Origin: Trichoplax adhaerens
Taxonomy: Eukaryota > Animalia > Placozoa
NCBI RefSeq assembly: GCF_000150275.1
Contig: NW_002060975.1
Location: 417,041-443,614, forward strand
DNA: 26,574 nt
Reading direction: 5' to 3'
In this document: one piece after another, positions 19,906 through 26,574 of the stretch
Layout of the letters: each line of letters starts with the position of its first letter
Position numbering within the stretch: position 1 is the stretch's first letter
The notes under the pieces: model-generated
What the model was told of the DNA's origin: nothing
The model's input: only the letters and a program-made list of their open reading frames with translations
Databases searched by the model: none
Program-made: the position numbers and the translations under genes

Positions 19906-22460
19906 GCTCAAAGAACAATTTTGCTGAATTCATAGTTAATTTAACCAGTGATTTAGATAGTAGAAATCTAGTCATCAATGCCTATTGCAAAAAAATACAA
20001 GCTCCTGTCAACTTGAATGACAATCGCAAGGGTAAAGTTTTCGCATCTTTCTTTCCAACCATTGCTGGCGATTGGACTATCGAAGTCCGCTATCGGGATA
20101 AACATTTGCCAGGCAGTCCATTTAACATCGTCGTGAGAGGAGAAAGTAAATCAGTTACAGCAGCAGGAGATGGACTTTCGCAAGCATGTGTTGGACGATC
20201 TGCTTGCTTTCTTGTCCATACGGTTGGTCATGGAGAATTAGCAGTAAAAGTACATGATCCTGATAGAAAATCGGTCGATTATATCGTATCACAGCGCGAT
20301 GGAGAACATCAAATTCAATATACCCCATCCAAGATTGGATTATATACCATTGCAGTGGAATGGGATCGTGCAGCCATTACTGGTAGCCCTTTTACAGCCA
20401 ATGTTTGTAATTTAGACAAGATTATGGTAGAAGGTGATGGAATTTATCAAGGGCACATCAATCTTCCATGTAAATTTACCATTAAGGTCCCTGAAGAGGT
20501 AGGCGATGGCGATCTTGTAGTCAGTGTCTATTCCGAGGCAGATCAACAATCTATTCCGGTCAGAATCGATCAAGAATTAATGAGCTATTACGTCACTTTT
20601 GTTCCAACAACCACATCCAATTATAATATTAACATTTCTTATGGTGGCTTTCCCATTTCTAAAGTACCGTATACATGTCGAATTGATCAACCTATTGATT
20701 CCAAGAAATGCTACTTTGATCTATTGCCTTCCAAGCGAGTTCTTACCGATCATGATATATGCTTAAGCGTCGATACAAGCCAATCTGGCCGAGCTACCTT
20801 AACTGCCTCTCTATTGGATTTAGAGGATGATAAAACAATCTTACCAGCTGATATAAGCAATGACAATTCAGACGGAAAGTATATCGTTAAATTTAATGGT
20901 AAATCGTTAAAACCCAGCCGATATCGAACAACAGTGCAGTGGGATCAATCGGATATACAAGGTTCACCATTTGAATTTACTGCTTTAAATTTCAAATCAT
21001 TACGTGTAGAATGCAAAAATAATTTAGATACTCCTCACCTGGCTAATGATGTTATTAATATCGTCTTATACGCTGATGAAGATTTTACTGCTACAGATTT
21101 TACCGCTGTAGCTAAATTATCACAATTAAGTACACCATTAACCATTGTGGGCAATGAAGAAGCTAAAAATGAATATCGAATTCAGTTTTGTCCGTCTAAA
21201 AGTGATGATTACCTGATTGAATTTCGTAGTCATGGGATAGAAATACCTGGTAGCCCTTTGATGTTTAAAGTCGTCGATCCAAGTAAAATTGTCCTAGATG
21301 AAATGATCGGTAAAGTAATTAACTGTAAAACAATTATTCCAATTCGTACGCAAGAAGCTGGTTCAGGTAAACTAGAAGTAATCATTCTAGATTCTTATCA
21401 TAATCCATGCGATTACAACTTAGACGAAGTTGGCCCTGTATGGATGGCAGTATTCTATCCTAAACATGTTGGCACCCATTATCTTAGTGTCAAGTATGCT
21501 GGCTATAATATCGTGGATAAAAAACCATTTGCTGTCGATTATCCAACAGATGCTAGCCAATGCAAAGCTAATGGCTCAGGCCTATCTTATGCTCTTGCTA
21601 ATCAAGAAAATTTCATTTCTGTCGATACTAGTCAAGCTGGCCAAGGTGAATTAAGGATCGATATGCATGGAGTGCATGAACAGCCTAAGCTCACTTTGAA
21701 AGAAGAAGGAGATCGAAATTTTATACTATCTTATCGCGCAAGTAAACCTGGCGCTTATTTATTAAATATTCGATGGGCTGATGATCATATACCTGGTAGT
21801 CCATTTAAAATTAATGTTGAACAAGGTGGTGCTAATAAAATCCAGACTTATGGCCAAGGTTTACGCGAAGGTAATTTAGGTGATCCTGTCCAATTTACAG
21901 TCAACACGATCGAAGCTGGTCCTGGTAAATTAAAAGTCCAGGTAGTTGGGCCACAGACCGATGCTGATTATGAGATTGTCGATCAAAAGGATGGTAGCTA
22001 TCTCATTCAATATTTTCCCAACGAAACTGGTAAACATAAAGTATTTGTTTCCTATAACGATCAGCCCATTCAAGGTAGTCCATTTACATCTCGTATTACG
22101 CGTCCACCCAATGCGGGTAAAGTAAGTGCAGAAGGACCTGGACTTTGTAGCGATATTCTGGATGGATTCAATGGCAATTTTGTTGTCGATACACGCACTG
22201 CTGGAGAAGGAATATTAAGAGTGCGCATTTATGGACCTAAAGGAGGCTTTGCAGTTTATATGTCACGTAATCCTGAAATGGAGCGTTTAATCGATGTCCG
22301 ATATAATCCTACGGAAATTGGCCATTATAAAATTGATATAAAATGGTCGGATGTTCATATCCCTGGTAGTCCATTCGATATTTGGATAGTAAGCTCACCA
22401 GAAGAATTGAAGAAAATTCAAATGTACGAAAACACTGAAGGTTGGGTTAAATATGTTTAA
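19906..22460 (+). CDS. Filamin-like, coding exon 4: about 9 filamin/ABP280 Ig-like repeats
   Basis: Acceptor tgcag| ends at 19905, in frame with the 865-aa ORF. Repeated G.GL...F.V.T..AG.G.L...Y.P...G.Y.I.V.W....I.GSPF motifs. Exon lengths 421+606+180+2555=3762 nt = 1253 aa + stop. Confidence 0.95.
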
Positions 22461-23590
22461 TTCAGCATAGTCGTTGCTGTTGGAAGTAAATATCAACCAA
22501 TATTTCAAGTTAAAAAGTTAATGAAGCGATGAGAAAAGATTGAAATAATCTTAACGTTTATTTCTTGAAATTATCACTTGAATAGATATCATTGCAAGTG
22601 CAATGATAATGTAATAACAACTACCTTAAATATTTTTAACATATCCATTATACTTATATATGGATATTAGTAAATTCAAATGCTTGTATTTCGTTGAAGA
22701 TGGATATTGTTACCAACCTTTGTCGGTAACAAGCATCCATTTATGTGATAATGAAGTTTGTCAATCTGCTTATCATGTACTATACTTGTGTATGGTTATT
22801 CTCGTTTTAAATTTCTTGAATGCAATGACTAAATGATATAAAATAGACTTGTATCAATCCTACGTTCAGAAAGAAAGAACGGCATTCCCATCTCCACTTT
22901 CTTTTTTTGCATTTCTTGGCAATTAGTAATAGTAGTGGTTAGAAAGCTTACTACAGCCAGAAATAGGTTAACAACTGTTGCACAGGACCATTATGCTTTG
23001 CTTAACATTCCCCCAAATATTTTATAAATAGAGATTTTGATGTAGCAAATCCACCCCGGTCACTGGCTACTTCTATAACGGAACCAATAATACCCAATAA
23101 TAACGTGTAAAAGCTAAAATCATTGTAAATGCCATTTTTTTTATTCAAAGTTAAATCATTTCACTACTATTACCACTGTGGAAGGAAATGTACCAATTCA
23201 ATCGATTCTTATTCAAGAAAATAGTATCCAACAGTAGAAAATAAGAAAATATATTATCGATTGTAACATGATGTAGTAGCTGTAGAGGGTGATTAAGTGA
23301 ACCCAATTAGTATTATTCAAGAACTCAATAGATACTTAGATTGATAGAGTTTATTACAAGTAAGGTAGATCGATTTTAAATGGCATGTTGTAATAGTTTG
23401 TTGGAATGAATTGATTAAATGCCTCATAATTCCAATCAATCAATCAATGTTTTAAAAATTATAAAGTCATCAATCTATCTGTTGAACTTTTAGTAATAGA
23501 CAATTCTTCTAGAGTAATTATCCTTGCTATGGATATAATGTTAGAAACAGATTAACTTTACCAAATAGATTTCAAAAAACACTTCATCTA

Positions 23591-24294
23591 AGGCTCACTT
23601 AGTATCTGATACACTACTATCTAGCATTCTACGAGGATATCAAATAGCTTTGTTGTTGCTAGCGTTAAATATCTACAGGATATAACATAAGTCAAGATAT
23701 GTTGTTTTATTCGTTGGATATGCTAGCCTAGGTTTTGAATCAATTACTTTTAAATAGACGATATGGTCCAGTTTATATATATGCTTTCTAGCACGATGAG
23801 TAATACGATGATCTTATAAAGTATCTTGGAATAGTGTTATTAAATATATAGAGCAGTCTGATACTGTGGTAGTAGAATAGCTGAGCAAGTTATACTTGTA
23901 GTGCAATAATCCAGTTAATATGTACAATGTAACATGGTAGATATTACGATAATCTTTTAAAATATCTTGAATAGTAATATTAACTAAATAGAGCAGTCTG
24001 CTACTGTTGTATTAGACTAGCTGAGTAAGCTATACTGCAATCGAGATGACGAAAAGTCTAATTGTTTAATAAAACGTTTGTATATTACATAGAAATTGTA
24101 GGCTCATTTAATGTCTGATACTGTACATTAGGATCTAGCATTTGACGTGGATATTAATTAACTTTGTTGTTGCAAGCGTTAAATATCTCCAGGATATATG
24201 ATATAGGTCAGAATATATTACTGTATTAGTTCAATGTGTTAGCCTAAGCTTAAAATCAATTATAATCCTTTTCAATAGACGATTTGCTACAGTT
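23591..24294. repeat. Diverged duplications in A-B-B-A order (all direct orientation)
   Basis: A: 23591..~23773 and 24100..~24294 (ctttgttgttgc.agcgttaaatatct.caggatata). B: ~23801..23897 and ~23942..24036 (atagagcagtctg.tactgt.gta.taga.tagctgag.aag.tatact). Confidence 0.8.
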
Positions 24295-25952
24295 AAGCAT
24301 AAATTAGGATGATAACAGGATACACTAGCAATAATTAATTATCCTATCTTAGCGGACATGAAAGTGATTAGAGTACAACAGGTGTTCTTATCGAATCGTC
24401 TATAACGCTATTGTACTTGACTCTATAATCTATTATTTATTTATATTTTATTATTTAAGATGATTTAATCATTATTATCGTATAATGTAATTAAAACCCA
24501 CGTAAGCACGACATATGTCTTAATCAACAGCTACAAGGAAATACTTTAAATGTAATAGGTATGGTATGAAATTAAAGCTTCATTGAAAATATTTGCAAAA
24601 GCTTGCTGATAGTTAGCGGAAAACGCCACAAATAGTAAATAAAAAAATTTGGATCACTTATTCAATTTCTAAAAAGCAAGATGATTTACTATCGGCTTCA
24701 CTTGTTTAGGGAAATTATTTATAAATGCCATCCTTAGCACTTCCTTTTAGCTGAATAAAATTGTTTGCGTTTTCGTTTCCAGTCGCCCTCTAACCATTTC
24801 GGTAGCTACCTGCTAATCTAACAATAAGCATGAGTTCGTAACGTCTATCTCATATACCCAAGATTCTGACTGATGTCTATTTTCAGTCATTATATTATTT
24901 ATAAAGCGTACGTCTTGTGGAAAGAGTTGCTCTATTGGCTAAAATGAGTATTGATGAGCATAACTATTTCATTGCATTACTAAAAAGTAAAGCAGAAAAA
25001 TTGATGCCTCAGGCTAGCAATCGAAATAAACTTAGACTCTATTCCATTTCTGCTCATTAACATGAGATATTTCTTGTAAATAGTACTAGATACCATGTTA
25101 TTGCCTCATACGAACTTAGAAAAACGGATACTAAATTAATGCAACCCTTTCAGCAATTCAGTAATGTAATGTACGCCTGCTGCGGGTATCATTAGCCGGT
25201 TGAAGACTAGTCTCTAGTCTCTACAGCATTGCAGTGTGTTTAACCTAGATTTCTGGGTTTAGTTCAGTGGTTTCTGTTATAAGTCTTTTGTAACAATGAT
25301 ACTCGATAGAGCCTGAGATAGCTGCTGCATGCTATGTTGTATTAGAGTGCCTGCATAGTTTATTATGTCATAATTAGGGAAAGATCCTTCAGGCTATTCA
25401 TAGCTGAAAATAGATCATGCATATGCATATTGTAATAAGGCGATGTGAGCAAACTTAAATGCGGTAAAGGGCGAAGAAATTATAGAGATTCGTAATAATA
25501 AATATACAAAACCTAAGCCATCGACGGTTGATGTTCTCGTTTTAAAGTAACGACGGTAGAAAACTGAAAGTAATTATCCTTGATGTGTGAAACTTGACTA
25601 GATAATTTTTGGATCATATTAATTGGGAGATACACAAGTCAGTTTTAATGAACTGGCATGAATAATAATTGGCTTAGATAACGGAAACAGGTGATTAAGC
25701 AGTTTGCTGTTTCGATTATAATCATACTATGCATCGATAAAGTTAATTTTTAATGATTATCACCATAACGATACGTTGAAGATCGTCGATTTATTTCTGG
25801 CTAAAATGTAGGTATAATAGTTAATACAGTCTATTACTTATATATGCTCATGCAATATCATAAATTAGTGAAGTAATACAAGAAATAATTTATCTTAACG
25901 TGAAAATCAGACAATAAAATTATCTACTACGCTTGCAATTTATAGTTCTGTA

Positions 25953-26572
25953 GATTGACTAGTCAAAAATAAAAAGGAACAACTGGTAAGATCGGCGAAT
26001 TTATAATTATACATAATGAAGATAATCAAGAATGGCTGCTGCCATTAAAATTGGCGGGCGTTGTAACATATATATAACACGTGATTGTAGATGCTTTAGC
26101 CAATCGCATTAGCGTACATGAGTCTTTAGTTTGTATCGTATTGCGTAGATATAAAAGCTGTTAACTATCCTAAGGCCGCTTGAGGTAGAATAAATTAACT
26201 CTTAAAAATATCTAGCTAACGGAGCTACATCACTATTATCCTATTTACTAATCTCCCTGGCACGTATCAGAAATATTACAGGATTGACTAGTCAAAAATA
26301 AAAGGAACAACTGGTAAGATCGGCGAATTTATAATTATACATAATGAAGATAAGCAAGGATGGCTACTGCCATTAAAGAATCGTATATAGCTTTTTCTTC
26401 TTTTACCTCTCTGGAAAATTGGCGGGCGTTGTAATATATTTAACACGTGATTGTAGATGCTTTAGCCAATCGTATTAGCGTACATGAGTCATTAGTTTGT
26501 ATCGTATTGCGTAGATATAAAAGCNTGTTAACTATCCTACGGCCGCTTGAGGTAGAACTCTTAAAAATATCT
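25953..26572. repeat. Recent tandem duplication, period about 329 bp, running to the window end
   Basis: gattgactagtcaaaaataaaa starts at 25953 and 26282 with high identity. Copy 2 has a ~40-bp extra segment near 26378-26418 and a short deletion near 26558. Confidence 0.92.
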
Positions 26573-26574
26573 GC

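Noticed and set aside
21430-21654. 74-aa alternative-frame ORF inside filamin exon 4
   Set aside because: Non-ATG start and a length expected by chance within coding DNA.
22443-22460. C-terminal WVKYV as a PDZ-binding motif
   Set aside because: Lys at position -2 fits none of the canonical PDZ ligand classes.
22990-23160. Minus-strand open stretch with a hydrophobic segment (FYTLLLGIIGSVIEV...)
   Set aside because: No upstream start codon, stops lie immediately upstream, and no linked exons or known motif were found.

Overview
AT-rich eukaryotic (animal-like) genomic DNA with GT-AG introns, minisatellites and a 50-N scaffold gap. The composition and gene style are compatible with a placozoan such as Trichoplax, but that is an inference only. 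Two intact genes can be reconstructed by hand. (1) A minus-strand spliced prepropeptide gene that the ORF track only half shows: CDS join(236..364,895..1164), 132 aa. It has a signal peptide, a strongly acidic spacer, and a separately encoded cationic tail QAFW-R9-APAPAPKPRRPIIFHFYRRRQIFVY-GKKR with an amidation signal. It is a candidate antimicrobial, cell-penetrating or signalling peptide precursor and is the most novel-looking element here. (2) A plus-strand 4-exon short filamin, CDS join(14271..14691,18634..19239,19400..19579,19906..22460), 1253 aa, with three CH domains and about 9 Ig repeats (Jitterbug/FLN-2-like). Between them lie a decayed Gypsy-type (Ginger/GIN-like) integrase fragment next to a Ginger1-like terminus, a MITE-like inverted-repeat element, a ~1.1 kb duplication spanning the gap, and two related minisatellite arrays (128 bp and ~122 bp units). 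Filamin intron 1 contains a nested 80-bp/~180-bp repeat.
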